A stretch of 63,697 nucleotides of DNA, counting the filler, from Syncephalis fuscata S228 (Eukaryota > Fungi > Zoopagomycota), in NCBI GenBank assembly GCA_025786725.1. It is 3 parts of 3 records of this genome, joined end to end, with 100 filler letters (N's around TTAATTAATTAA, not from the genome) between each part and the next. Parts side by side here need not be neighbours in the genome. Positions count along the whole stretch, not along the records: positions 1 to 20,532 come from JAHLTZ010000164.1; 2 more parts are not named here. One strand, written 5' to 3'. The position numbers and the translations under genes were made by a program. A model generated the notes under the pieces. That model ran no database searches and had not been told where the DNA came from. It saw only the letters and a list, made by a program, of their open reading frames with translations. Below are positions 1 through 13,100 of this stretch, in pieces. The first letter of the stretch is position 1; every line of letters begins with the position of its first letter.

Positions 1-199
1 AGTGAATAATGCTACATAATAAACTGTTTAAACAATATAGACAATTAATTTTTATTGGACTAGCTACTACAGCCAATCAAATGTAATAAATTAGTACCTT
101 TGTTAAACGCATTATTGTAGCTTGCTATATAATTCAATATTTAGTAAATGATAATTTAAACTGTTTATCATAAACGCAGTATTGCTAAATAGTACAACT

Positions 200-700
200 T
201 GTACTGTTTTAGTGCTTTATATCGTTACAACTAACTAACTATATAAATGTGCGGAGTTTTAATTTAAGCTTTGCTGCATTTAGTGTACTAAATATTTTTT
301 CTGCCATATATTTTATACTATGTAACTTTTATTATAACTCCAAGAGTATTATAAATACATAATACTGTCGCCCAAATAATAACAAAAATAGCTTTTTAAA
401 TTTTACTTTCAATTCATTTTAACTTATTATCATGTTTGCACAGTTGAACTTTTGTAGTAAATCATTGATTCGAGCTATTGTTGGGTAATAAAGTTGTCAA
501 AATGCTAACAGCATAATATTTATTGATTTAGTATTGAATTGTTTAACTAATTTATATTTTTGATTTTATATTCTTTCTTTGTTTGCCTGGTTAAAATTAC
601 AATATTACATTACTGGTATTGTATTAATATTATATAAACTATTTACATAAATAATTACAGCTACTACACTTTTGCGTTATATTAAAATCTATTATATTAA
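200..700 (-). mobile_element. Degenerate Mutator-like (MULE) transposase relic, paralogous to 49880-50700
   Basis: Colinear with the relic at ~49930-50690, e.g. TATTATAAATACATAATACTGTCGCCCAAATAATAAC (~347) vs TGTTATAAATACATAATGCTGTTACCCAGATAATAAT (~50370). Many stops; boundaries approximate. Confidence 0.6.
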
Positions 701-1177
701 CAAGCAATTCTATTAAATACATAATTCATTAATGTTTATAGTGCAATTAACAATATTAGATATATAAGAACCAGAATTAAAGGTCTACAGGTTGTCGGCA
801 AAAATCTGTGCCGTTTCCATGTTTTAAAAATGTATTAAAATATTTGAGGTGTCAAGTACATGCAGTGCTGGTCAAACAATTGCGAATCAAAACAGTATGA
901 CGTTATGACAGTACGTAATATGACAGTATAAAAATAAAGCTTTGAATATTTATGATAGAAATTTAATATGTTATTATTAGTATTGCTATTACAGCTATTA
1001 GACATACAGATAGCTGATCTACACACATGTATGTAGATATAGATATAGATGGCAAGTGTCATGATATTAAATTACCAATATAGTCACATGAACAGTTGTG
1101 ACGCATAGCCAACTCGTTGGCATTCTTTCTCATTGCCTTAGTCTTCATTTATTGTCTATTCTCGCTCGCCAACCACT

Positions 1178-3033
1178 ATGTCTTTAAACGCTGCTCAGTT
1201 AAATGAGCCATTTGCAAAAAACTTGGAATTAAGAAACGCTACTATACCTGATGAGATATGGCTGCGTATTTTTACATATGCTATTGCCCATAATGTTGAC
1301 GAAATGACCAATATAAGTTTAGCCTGTCGTCGTTTTTACCGGTAAGTTATAGCAGTTAAACAGTATCTTTATTATATAAAAATTAAAGCTAATATAACTA
1401 AAGGCTGTGTGGCGAAGGAATACTATGGTATAATGGCTATCGTTCGCATTATCCAACCTGGAGCACCGGAACAGCGTACTGCAGCAATATAAAATACGAT
1501 TGGCGTAAACTTCTAAAGCGGGAGTGGTCGTTGGAGAAGTATTGGGGAAAAGGAGGCTGTTGGAGGTTGCCTAAAAATGACGATGAAATCGACGAAGATG
1601 AAAATAATCAAGATGAAAACAATGACAATTATGTAGAATATGAAAGCGATGAAGACGAGGAGAGGCGTGAAGGACGTAAAGAAGATGTCGTAACTGGGCC
1701 CAATCATCATAGAAACTATCTATGCCGTTTGCAAGAACTATCCATGTCTGATCCATTACTTGTGGATGCATTTAAATTGGATAGTTTGGAGGAAGACGAA
1801 AAGCCGGATATACGATTCTCTCGTTTTCTTATCGCCGATTTTACCTCTACTGATGAAGGTATTGTTGCTAATGGATTCTATCGGCACGACTACTCTGCCA
1901 GTGTAGTGAGAGCGTGGTCATTTCCTGATTACAAGCTTGTATTTGAAGATATACTACGCCCAGACGATCCAGATCTACAGGAGCATCTTTTGGAAATTGG
2001 CTGGTTAACCAAACTGATGGTAACTGTAGTTACTCAGAAAACGGGCGACTGGATCAATTTACGGGTCTACGATATTTCCGAAAAGCCAAAACGTCAGTTA
2101 AGTGAATTTGCGCTCATTAGTCAATTAAATGGACGACAAGTATATGTTATACCTAACTGGTTCCAATGGGAAAGCAGCCCAAATCTTCCACCGGAAGTGG
2201 TGGTTGTTGGTACGGAAAAATTGTCACCCAACCGTGCCATTGTTATACGACATAATATAAACACCAAGCAAACTGCTACTATGTATTTTGGAAACCAAGT
2301 CTATTCGACTTATGTAGATCCTCGTTTTCCAAATATATTAATTACGCTGGACCACAGCTATCATCTAAGTGTATGGTCAACGGTGACGGGCGACCTATTG
2401 ACGAGAATGCCATCCGAGCCCGGTATTTACTTTGATCGAGTTGCCTTAAGTAGTGTGATTGAAGCGGTTCCTAGCGAAGTAGCAATGACAAAACTTGGCG
2501 ACAAATCTAATCAGAAGCAGCAATCGTTGCGTTTGATTATTTCTTCCGTTATACATAACCCCTATCAACAGAATAGATATCGACTTGAAATATGGAATTT
2601 AACTATACCAAACATTCCGTTTAGTTTCCCCGAATGCGACGACAAAGAACAGGTAGTAATAATATCGGATCAGCCTCCCGATTCAACGATTGAATCCACT
2701 AAAGATGCTTCAGTATCGCAGGTTAGCCTTCGTGCATTACGTATACATGAACCACAGTCTGGTCGTATTTACTATCTACGTGCTGTTGGCCATTTATTGT
2801 TTGGTATGCACTATAGTTACGAGTTTGGCAGTAGTAAATATTTTATTATTGCCTATAACTTGGAAACAGGCAAGTTAATATACCATTCGCAAATTTTGGA
2901 TAGCAACCAGAATATCACGCAATTAAATAAGGCGCTATTAGTAGTGAGCAGTGAAGACTTGTATGCATTAAGCCCGATTGAACCAGAGAAAACACCACAG
3001 CACGATATTGTAACTGTAAAAGACGATGAATAA
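1178..3033 (+). CDS. F-box protein with probable beta-propeller-like C-terminus (2 exons)
   Basis: ATG 1178; exon 1 encodes IPDEIWLRIFTY...ISLACRRFYR (F-box). GT-AG intron 1342-1403 splices in frame into the 500-aa ORF ending at 3033. Confidence 0.8.
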
Positions 3034-3770
3034 ACTAGAAACAATTGTTTTCTTTATTGATATTAAGTAAATTTACTATTATGTAGTAAGCATAACCAAC
3101 AATAGAACCTGAATACTTTGTAGTATGTCATCATTGATGCAAATCATTTGTTTATTTTACAGCTCATATATTTACAACTAATGATTATTTACTTATCTTA
3201 TTTTTGTAATAGACATTTTTTGCTAGTAACTAATACTGATGTTCGATATATGTACTATTTTTGTGACCGATCATGTATGATTTTAATATGTTGTTTAACT
3301 ACATGATGTATTTTTTAGGCACGCTTTTACAAGACCCTGTCTAGAATATCAGGATAGTAACAATATGTAACTTTTCTAATTAAAAAATAAGTAGTCAATT
3401 AAGTTATTTATTAGTTTATTAATAGATAATTGTTGTAATTAAGTTTTTAATTTGGTATTTTTATAATTACATTGGAAAGTAATTGTTATCATTATTATAA
3501 TAAACTATTTGATTTTTTCAACGAATGTGTGTGTACATTGCACCATATCCCATGCGCTATTGTTCGCTTAAATTAGAAAGACAATATAACTGATTAGATT
3601 TTATTGTCAAAAAAACTATCTAAATCGATTAAGCTTATATTTTTATGCATTTAAATACACTTACAATTATTAACGTATTTTCATTGCATAGTTATAATTC
3701 ATTTAATAATATTCAGTAAATTTTATTGGTAATAATCAGCAAAATAAGTAACTATTTGTGCTAAGAAAAT

Positions 3771-5861
3771 TTAATAACTGCTGGCTAATTTGCCCAAGGT
3801 ATCTTTAATAGAGTTGATGGCAGCCTGGTCTGTTGGAAGGTTTTTTAGTGCTGGAGCGCTGTTGGCCAAATCAAGAACTGGTGCCTTAATAGCATCCACT
3901 ACTGGCTTTACCTCTTCTTCACAGTCTTCGTAGACGTCCTCCTCTTCTTCACAGTCTTCCTCTTGAGTCTTCAATGTAGCCAAAGATTGGGACAGTGGTA
4001 CCCAGCCTTTGCTAAAGTCACGAATAGCAGAGATTTCAAAGTTGGCGGCAGAAGTAAGCGAGATACCAGCTTGCTTAGGAGAGCCAATGATTGAGGTCAA
4101 CTTATCAACGATGGTAGAAGGATTGAGTAGCTTGGAGACAGAGCTCAATGGGCTATTTGTAACGTAGCTGGCGACCATATTACGAATATTGCTGACGGCA
4201 TCCTTAACAGTGGCGGAGTTGGTGCTATTGAGAACAATTGGGACACGTTCAGTACCAAATCCGGCTGTGAAATCCTTTTTTCCTGCAGCCACAAGTTTGG
4301 AGATAACATCACCACGATTGGCCAAAGCGCAAGAGGATACATAGCCGTGAATAGAATTGATCTTGTCATAGACTTGAGTTTTGAATTGGCTTTCACGCTC
4401 GCGTGTTTTATTGACCGATTGGAAATTCATGATCATCCATTCTTCTTTAATTGGTGGTGGCATACGAAGCTTGGTGAGTGAGTCGCGGTTATTGCCTTCT
4501 GGAGTAATAGGAGCATTGTTGATGGGGACATTGGTTGCTGGTGGAGTAGAGCCATACGCAAGCTTTTCTTTTTTGCATGCACAAGGATCGACAGAAGTAG
4601 CAGGAGCAGGAACAGCAGCAGGAGGAGAGGCAGGAGCGGCAACAGAATAACTACGGCGTACCAAACTATTATTATCTTGATGATTGAAGCGAGAACCAGC
4701 GTTACTAAACCAGTTATTCCATGTTTCTTGCCAATTATTGTTATTCTGTTGTTGTGGCTGTTGAGTAGTAGGTTGTGGCTGTTGAGTAGCAGGTTGTGGC
4801 TGTTGAGTAGCAGGTTGTGGCTGTTGAGTAGCAGGCTGTGGCTGTTGAGTAGCAGGTTGTGGCTGTTGAGTAGCAGGCTGTGGCTGTTGTTGTTGCGGCT
4901 GCTGTGATGTCTGGCTTGGAGCAGGAGCAACTGGACCTTCTACCTTATCGGCTGGTAGATCTCCATAGGTATAGCAAAGTGCTTTGGTATCAAACATTGC
5001 CTTGACTGGAAGATCATTCCATGGCTCCAGTAGAATATCAGGTGTTGCTTGTTGGCCATTTCTTAGTTGACCACCAAAGGCCCTAAAGTTTTCTGGACGA
5101 GCCATCTGCCATTGCCACCATACACGATCCACCATGCCGTGATGCATGAAAAAAAGTGGATCACCTGGGCTGTACATATTAAACATACCACCGCCAATAC
5201 CATTGTGCACACGGGCGTGGTATGTACCTTCTATGTCGAAAGAAAATTTGCTAAATTCATTATGGTCGGTAATGGACTTTTGCACAGCTTCGGGCGAGTA
5301 GAAGGCACCAATCTCATTACCAAAGTCAAAGGTACGACGAAGACAGTTTGGAGTTGGATAGTAGGGACGCCAGTTGGCGAATGGACCATCAGTAACACAG
5401 CCGCCTTCTTTACCGTTACCGCCAAAGTATTCGGGAGTGAATACGACGGATGTTTCTGGAGCTTGAGAATCAATACACGTGTCCCAATAAGGAAGCATGA
5501 TATCAGGATAAATTTGTTGCAAATCTATTTCCAATTCACGCAACATACGACGATGCCATGGCAAGAATAAAGGTGAGTTGTGGGCAATAGGTGCCATATC
5601 GTTGTGCAACTTTGCAAAAGAATCGTAGCGTGTTGGAGCAGGGCCAGACTGTAGTCTGCGCAGTCCATCTATAAAGCGCTGACGTTCATTAACAGAAAGA
5701 GTACGAATTTCACGACGCTCACGAACACCATTAGGACATCTATTAGGAACAATACGCCCAGGTTCATCTACGGGAGCTGCAGCGCCGACGAGTCCTGCGT
5801 CGGATGCTACCGTGGCTAGCGTTGCTGCCACAGTAAATAGCAGAAAGGTGGAGTACTTCAT
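3771..5861 (-). CDS. Secreted tyrosinase (type-3 di-copper) with Q/P-rich linker and C-terminal extension
   Basis: Signal peptide MKYSTFLLFTVAATLATVA; CuA HNDMAPIAHNSPLFLPWHR; CuB HARVHNGIGG...DPLFFMHHGMVDRVW; intronless, 696 aa. Confidence 0.93.
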   Translation of the reverse strand: MKYSTFLLFTVAATLATVASDAGLVGAAAPVDEPGRIVPNRCPNGVRERREIRTLSVNERQRFIDGLRRLQSGPAPTRYDSFAKLHNDMAPIAHNSPLFLPWHRRMLRELEIDLQQIYPDIMLPYWDTCIDSQAPETSVVFTPEYFGGNGKEGGCVTDGPFANWRPYYPTPNCLRRTFDFGNEIGAFYSPEAVQKSITDHNEFSKFSFDIEGTYHARVHNGIGGGMFNMYSPGDPLFFMHHGMVDRVWWQWQMARPENFRAFGGQLRNGQQATPDILLEPWNDLPVKAMFDTKALCYTYGDLPADKVEGPVAPAPSQTSQQPQQQQPQPATQQPQPATQQPQPATQQPQPATQQPQPATQQPQPTTQQPQQQNNNNWQETWNNWFSNAGSRFNHQDNNSLVRRSYSVAAPASPPAAVPAPATSVDPCACKKEKLAYGSTPPATNVPINNAPITPEGNNRDSLTKLRMPPPIKEEWMIMNFQSVNKTRERESQFKTQVYDKINSIHGYVSSCALANRGDVISKLVAAGKKDFTAGFGTERVPIVLNSTNSATVKDAVSNIRNMVASYVTNSPLSSVSKLLNPSTIVDKLTSIIGSPKQAGISLTSAANFEISAIRDFSKGWVPLSQSLATLKTQEEDCEEEEDVYEDCEEEVKPVVDAIKAPVLDLANSAPALKNLPTDQAAINSIKDTLGKLASSY
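4752..4890 (-). repeat. 21-bp coding tandem repeat (QQPQPAT, ~6 units) inside tyrosinase
   Basis: Repeated GGCTGTTGAGTAGCAGG(T/C)TGT units on the + strand. Confidence 0.95.
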
Positions 5862-7644
5862 AGTAAGTTACGATGACGCTTTAATTTGAACGAATAGTCA
5901 ATAATCGATGCCAGCGTGCCACAGTGTGATATTCGTTTAGCTTGTAGTGTATATCGATGGAGACGATGAGGTTACGGTTTACGGTTTAGAATATTGAAAT
6001 TGATATTTGAGTTGATATCAAGATTAAATGGCGTCGCAAATGATAGAAATTCACTGGAAAAACTAGAACACCTGCCAGTTGGTCGTGAACTAAAAATACG
6101 AAAGAACAAGCTAAAACGCTGGTAAGAAGAATGAAAAGGAATATTAGTAGTTGCGACTTTTACTATAATTTGTGGTGCAGTCGCAGGTTGTGCATTTAAA
6201 ACACTTTGAGAAGCGGAGGAACGGGGCAAACACGAGATAGTTAAAAAGCGGTGAAGTTCACGTTAACATTGTTTCCAGTCGCACAAGTAACTAGAATGAC
6301 TGTTTCAAAAACCAGAAGCCTTGAAAACAGTTTCTATAGAAAGACGGTCACAGCTGTTGCAACAATGAGCGCATTTGACCCATTTAGGAAATCAAGTGTG
6401 ATTGCATTCCTTCACTGATTAGAATGCGGCAATTGACCCAGATCAACCAACGTGGCTATCAAAACAGCAATTTATCTACAATGTTCCTTTAGATGTAAAA
6501 AAAAGAGCTTCCTAGTGTATTTCAAATAATAGCGTGCCCCGTTCTATGTGCGCCCATGATGTCGGCTATTCTATACATCCAGCTCTTTCTCTCTTGTTCT
6601 CCTTGTTGCCTTTTCTACTACAATGGATGCGATTGGAGGCGATTGTATTGTAAAACAATTGGCTGTTTAACAAAGTCATTGTCCACCATTGCGCACAAAT
6701 GGACCATTGATCTGCAACTTTTTTGTGAACCACGCTATGCTAAATTGCTATAAATAGTTATACATACACTGTTTTAAGCACTTGCATAGTTAAAACAAGC
6801 AACTTTTACGTTGACTGCATAGCTCAATAGCAAGTACCCTGACCAGTTATAATGGGTGTTTTGATGGTAACACTCATTGTCTAGAGATAATGACACAACA
6901 TCAAACTAAATTGGCCTAACCAGTTCCCTTCCTGTTAAGATAAGCCGTGAAACTTTATAGACACAAACCTGGATAAAACAAGTCGTGTACGCGCATAGTT
7001 TGTGTCATTAATATGCTCAGTTCATGTTGATATTAAATAAAAGAAACTGTGTCGAATAATCACGCATTATCTATTTAAACATCATTGCCCATAGTTGGTA
7101 TTATACTTTCGGAGTTTTAATATTTTAACTCCGACACTAACATTTACCATCAAATTATAGTAGATTGATGATCTATATATTTATTGAATTTGTAGTTTTT
7201 GATTCCTATGTTATTGGTCAACAAATATATCACAATCCTTTTTCCACGCTTTTGACATTAGGACTATTCAGTTAAATAAAAATAAACCATTGACTAGTTG
7301 CATTTAGAATTTAGTAAATAAATAGATAAAGCTATTATTTAGTATAGAATAATCAATAATGTAGATATGACAATTAGTTTCATGCATAGAATAGATACTG
7401 CTTATCATGCCAACACTGATAGAGCCAATAATGCATAATGACGTACTCACACAAGATGCCTAGCGAAGCCCCTTTGCCGTTATTGCTGAAAAAAAAGGAA
7501 AACCAGTTTGAAATACCGCGTTCGATATCTCTTATCGTTCTACTCGCAATAAGCCCGACCCGCTCTCACCCCCAGCTTATTCTTTTTTTTTTGTTTGTTG
7601 ACTACAGTAACAACAGCTGAGTACAATTCCTCTGGTATTTGACA

Positions 7645-8718
7645 ATGACGCAAGTAAATACAATGCCCCTAAATATGTCCCCGTCCAACGACGAGCTCGT
7701 TAATGAGCACGGTGTACCAGTAGCTGTGCCAGAGGCATATGCTGAAGGAGCCTTCGAAGGCCCGGAGAAGTTGCTTGAAATATGGTTTTTGCCCAATGCA
7801 ACGGCCACCTATAGCAAGCTCAGTGGCGTGTTTGCTCAGAATGGCTTACGCGTAGTTCGCCGCGAAGTCTGGGAGAACATGCTGGATGTAGTACGTTGTA
7901 AAATACTTAGCAGGATTCAATCTGAATCCGTAGACGCTTATCTTCTTAGGTATTAGGCAGTATTGTTTGTATTTAATAATTATAATGACTAATATGAACA
8001 CGATACTTTATTTATTGGTGCTATAGCGAATCATCTATGTTTGTATACCCACATAAACTGATTCTTAAAACGTGTGGTACGACGACGCTGTTAAAAGCAC
8101 TGCCAGCCATTCTACGCATTGCCGCCCGAGCTGGACTCGACAATGTATGGCGTGTCTTTTACTCTCGTAAAAGCTTTATGTTTCCAGAACGGCAAGAATA
8201 TCCGCATTCCGGATGGAATGACGAGGTAAGTAGCTAGCTATTAGCTGTACAGACTATCGGTCTTACTTCTAACCAACTAACTGCGTTATTAGGCCAAGTT
8301 TCTGGACCAACTTTTCGTTGACGGCTCAGCATACTTGGTGGGCAAGATAAGCATGGACCATTGGTATCTTTACTTGACAGCACCGCGCGATAACTGCTTA
8401 CGTCAGCCGGTGGATCTTAACGACGGCCAAACTGTCGAAGGTGATTTGTTATCAATGCCTGATTGTCCGTTTACATGCATTGCGTCATTAAATGAAAATG
8501 ATACTGCTGCGAATGCCGAGCCCTTTGGCCTGCCTACACCGACTAGCGAGAAAGGCAGTGGCCATGATGCCATACTAGCACCAGAAGAAGATCAAACCGT
8601 AGAAATTCTTATGACTGGTTTGGATATTGAACACGCTCAGCGTTTCTACTTTCGTTCAGGAGAAAGTGAAGGTTCACTAGGCGGTAAACGTGTTGATGTA
8701 AGTACCAACCATACTGTA

Positions 8719-8766
<48 letters not shown>

Positions 8767-9274
8767 TACATTTATTAATAATTTACTAATATTTATTTAA
8801 TATTTGTAGGAGGAAACAGGCTTGGATAAAATTGATACTAAAGCCATTATGGATTCGTATCTTTTTGTCCCTTGTGGCTATTCGATGAACGCTTTACGCG
8901 GTGAAAACTACTTTACCATTCATGTAACACCAGAGCCGGGCTATTCGTATGCATCATTTGAAACGAATGTGCCATTCTCTGGTGGTAACAAAGCAGTTAC
9001 CGAATTGGTTCGTCAAGTGATCGACATTTTTCAACCAAGTAAATTCAGCGTTACGGTGTTTAAAAGCCAGCCTAAAATGGACAGTACTTTACCTGACAAT
9101 GATGGTGATGGTGATAATATCAACAACGCTGATCATATGAATAATAACGATAAAACATCTCAAAAGCACACTTACCAAGTTGGTAATTTAGCTGGATGGC
9201 GAAGAAGTGATCGTATTCTTTACGAGTTCGAGGGATACCATCTCAATTTTTATTTCTTTGAACGGTGGTCCTGA
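7645..9274 (+). CDS. SPE2: S-adenosylmethionine decarboxylase proenzyme (4 exons)
   Basis: [12 protein letters not shown]; intron 7950-8026 joins YLLS-ESSMFV (autocleavage/pyruvoyl site); LKTCGTT; PCGYSMN; [18 protein letters not shown]. Confidence 0.96.
8719..8766 (+). repeat. (AAT)16 microsatellite in SPE2 intron 3
   Basis: Perfect AAT run downstream of the GTAAGT donor at ~8698. Confidence 0.95.
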
Positions 9275-10144
9275 TGTGCTTATGATGAATAAAGTGATTC
9301 GAGTCAACCAAATTTAGATGTATTTTATTGCTTACCAAGCACCCAATTAACCTTTGCACTAGCATGTATGCCAGCCATGTGTCTAGATGAGCGATAAAAC
9401 GACAGGTAACGAACGGTGCATTTCAAGTCGGCCACTCGCCTCTTTCAGACTATAAACCGGTTAATTCGACTATTATATGCGTACATACGTTGTCGTTATT
9501 GAGCACTTGAGTCATTCTCTCATCACGCGCACTCGCCCATTCACTCACACAAGTACAAGCATACACACGCGCGCGCAGACACACGAGTTGGTAATAATAC
9601 CACCGAAAAAGCTACCACGACACGGTTTCTTTCATTTGTTTGTGTGTTCACTTGTCTGTCTAACTCTTAATATTACTACAAATTTGTATGCATACAGTAT
9701 ACAGAATACAATCTTGTTCGTTTACTTCTACTTTTACTATTTGTGATTAACATCCACCTTGACTCTACTGATTCCTGCTATCACTGCTATTACTATCATC
9801 GCGGCCATTGTTAGCGTGTAGCGTGAATGCTCGTTACGCAGTGATTGCATACATCCTTCATCTATATTCGCTGTCACTTCATCTTTACAAAGTAATTATT
9901 TTTATTACTGCTGCTGTTATTACTACTACTCCTATTGCCGCCGCTATTATTACTATTATTCTATAATAGTTTTTACTGATTTTCTGTTTACTAACTACAC
10001 GTGTGCGGTGTGTGTGCGTGTGTGTGGACAGGCCCGCGAATGAACGTGCGTGTGTGTGTGCCTGTGTTTTTGTATGCTTATAACAACAGTGACCACTCAC
10101 TAGTTCTTTGCGCCTCATTATTGTAACTGGTCTATTGACGAGTG

Positions 10145-13100
10145 ATGGAGTTTTTCAATTCATTTACACCACCACGAAGAAAACGTAGCCAGGCCTCGCA
10201 ATTACCGATTACTAATCCCGCGGTTACGGCGACTGGCATACCTCCTTCTATGTATCAAAATTCACAGTCTTCATCGCAGAATAGCGATAGCCATGCATCA
10301 GGGAGCGGTGGCTCTAATACTGCATCCTCACATCAAGGGCCATCGTTATTGCACCGTGCATCTACCGGATTTCTCTCTCAATTGGCTAATTCTTTTACTA
10401 ACAACAACAGTGGCCATAGTGGCCATATGTCACATATGAACCATGGTGGCATTAGTCAGTCATCGTCCAATGGTTCTGGTGATCGTTCATCATATCAACG
10501 TGATATGCCCGATGCATACAATCTAGCGCATAATAGCACTAATAGTAGCAATAGTAACTATTATGGTCAAAACAGTAGTTCTCGTGGTGTATCATCGTAT
10601 AGCAATGATACAGATGGTCAGAATAATTCACATTTACACCAACAACAATCACCGCCATTGCCACCACTTTCTTCACTGTCATCAGAATCAATATCTGGAT
10701 CACCGCGTGGAGGCCATGATAACAATACTATACATTCAAACGATATTGATAATTTACATAATGGAATGTCAAGAACACAAGGATCTCCACCTGGTTCAGT
10801 AGCGGCTTCACTACGTATTCGACCCACTTCATCACATCATTCGCTTAACTCGGTCTATTCGGCTCATTCCTATCTTTCGTCGAATCCTGAATCAGCCAGT
10901 ATTGTAAGCGAATCAGGATCAACAAGTTGTACGGCTATTTCACCAACATCGCCACAGCCTACATTAACGATTGGTTCGCCTAATATGCCATCTTCATCAA
11001 TTTCCACCCTATCAATACAGCATGGCAGTACAAGTCGGGGCAGTCTAATGGCATCGCCTCCTTCGTCACCCACTGCGGTTGAAACACTGCTGCATTCAAA
11101 CTCGGCACACCTTCCCGCTATGAGTTCGTCTTCTTCATTTAGCAGCAATAGTGTCAATCAACGCCGCCCTTCGAATACCATGCTGGCCATGCCGTCGGGT
11201 GCCAGTGGCACAAACATATCACTGGCTAACAGTACACGAAGCGGCGAAACATCTGGCGCTGTATCAGATAAAGTTCTTTTAAAGAAAGTAAAAGTATTTT
11301 TAGATGACCGACAAAAATTAAAGGCGCGTTTTCAGTCACTTAGTAATTTTATTGGTAAGTTAATATTATTATAATGATAATAAATGATTTGTTACATAGT
11401 TATTAATTGTCGAGTATTTAATGGCAATTAATAGACGCAGCCAATAGTCTAGATCAAGCAATTTTCTTTCAAGAACATGCAGAAAGCGTATTTAATGTAG
11501 TTGTTGGCACTTGTGAAGGCCATATTCAAAAGATAAAACGTAGGTTGTTATTAAATGTAGCTGTATTGCAATAGTAAATTAATATAAACCATCAGAACGT
11601 AATGTAAAGCCTACTAGCTTTGCTTCAAAAGATATTCAAGTGTTACTACGAGCACTTACCGTATTTAGACGTATATTATTGTATCTACCAGATCGATTAC
11701 GCACTGGCTGGCGTAGTGATGATATTGGTCGATTACTTGCACCACTACTTGATCACGGCAATCATATGCGTATTCGTATGATTGGTCTACGTTTACTACT
11801 GCTTTGGATGCGATCAGCACCCGATTGTGAAACATCGGCTGCCAATGATATCCGCTGCCTGTTTGCCTATGCTATACCATTGGGCGTATTTCTACGTGAA
11901 ACGATAGGTCTACAATATGTACCAACACGCTTTACATCCCGTCTAGGCTCAATTAGACTGCCACCTGCTTTACCAGATGAAGTGTCCGATGTTGAATTAT
12001 TACTGCCATCTTCACAGAAACCAACTGGTTCAGATGCTTTATTATTATTTGGTGCAATATTCGATGAAATGGTTGTTCTTTCCCATTTATCGACCAATAA
12101 TGCGGCGCCTGACGCTGAAGATGACGATTTGGCTCATTTGTCGGGCGGTGAGGCTACACTATTCTGCGCAGGCATTGGTTCGGCTCAACATGCTCTACGC
12201 TACATTGCCCAGCAATTGGCCGAAGCTTATTTGGTCAAACTATTGCCAGGTGCAGTGTTTCATGAAGTAGAACATCGATTGCCAGGTAAATACTTAATCA
12301 AATATTATATAAAGTAATATACTAATGAATACTATAATAGAAATTGGATTTATTCGCTGTCCACCATCTTTTCTTCGGCTATTTATTGGCTTTTTACTGG
12401 ATGGCACACTACCGCCCAATTTTGGATCAGCCAGTCGTCGTGAACAAGCACCTGATTCGAGCGTCACTTTAATGATGCATAAAGTGACGTCAAATCTACG
12501 CCAATTCCGTGTATTTAAGGTTGAATGTGTTGAACAAGCATTAACACTAAGACCGGCTGCAGCCTATCAAGATCTGTTCCGAAGTGCATTGTATATCGAT
12601 ACACATTGGATGACCAGAAGTGTAAGTGGTATTATGCTAATTAATACAAGTTATATTAAACTTATAAATATTAATAGGAAGATGATTGGCCACTTGATTT
12701 ACGTGCTATTAAAGCTGAAGGAGGCGTTGCTTCACTGGCTGAGGAATTCAAATTGAGTAAGCAAGATCAAAAATCACCGGCGGCAATTTATTTCATGTGG
12801 AATCAGCAATTTTGTATTTATATCGATTCGTTATTGCTACCACTTGAAACAATTCCCGATGATGAAGATGATGCACGAATTCCATTACGGCTTCATCGAC
12901 TTGTACTTTCATTAGTACGTGTTGTTTTGGCGGCCAATAATGAACGGCTATTACCATCAACGTGGAACCATACACTACGTGCTTTATTGGCAATGCAAAG
13001 CTTAGTTATGGCGGGTAAACCACGCTATAGTTCAAAAACCATCGATTCACTTATTGGTATGCTGGTAAAGACAATTTACGTTACATGGGCCCGCGCCAAT

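Noticed and set aside
4433-4930. Repetitive ORFs (LLLNSHN)n and (LWLLSSR)n
   Set aside because: Alternative frames of the tyrosinase 21-bp repeat; no spacers, so not CRISPR.
7438-7620. Possible regulatory uORF upstream of SPE2
   Set aside because: AdoMetDC uORFs exist in animals and plants, but this ORF resembles none I know and probably starts upstream of the transcript.
8698-8778. Poly-Asn tail in ORF 8335-8778
   Set aside because: Read-through into an intron containing (AAT)16.
9520-10075. CA-rich and GT-rich tracts upstream of RalGAP that could pair
   Set aside because: Low-complexity dinucleotide repeats; complementarity is expected by chance.
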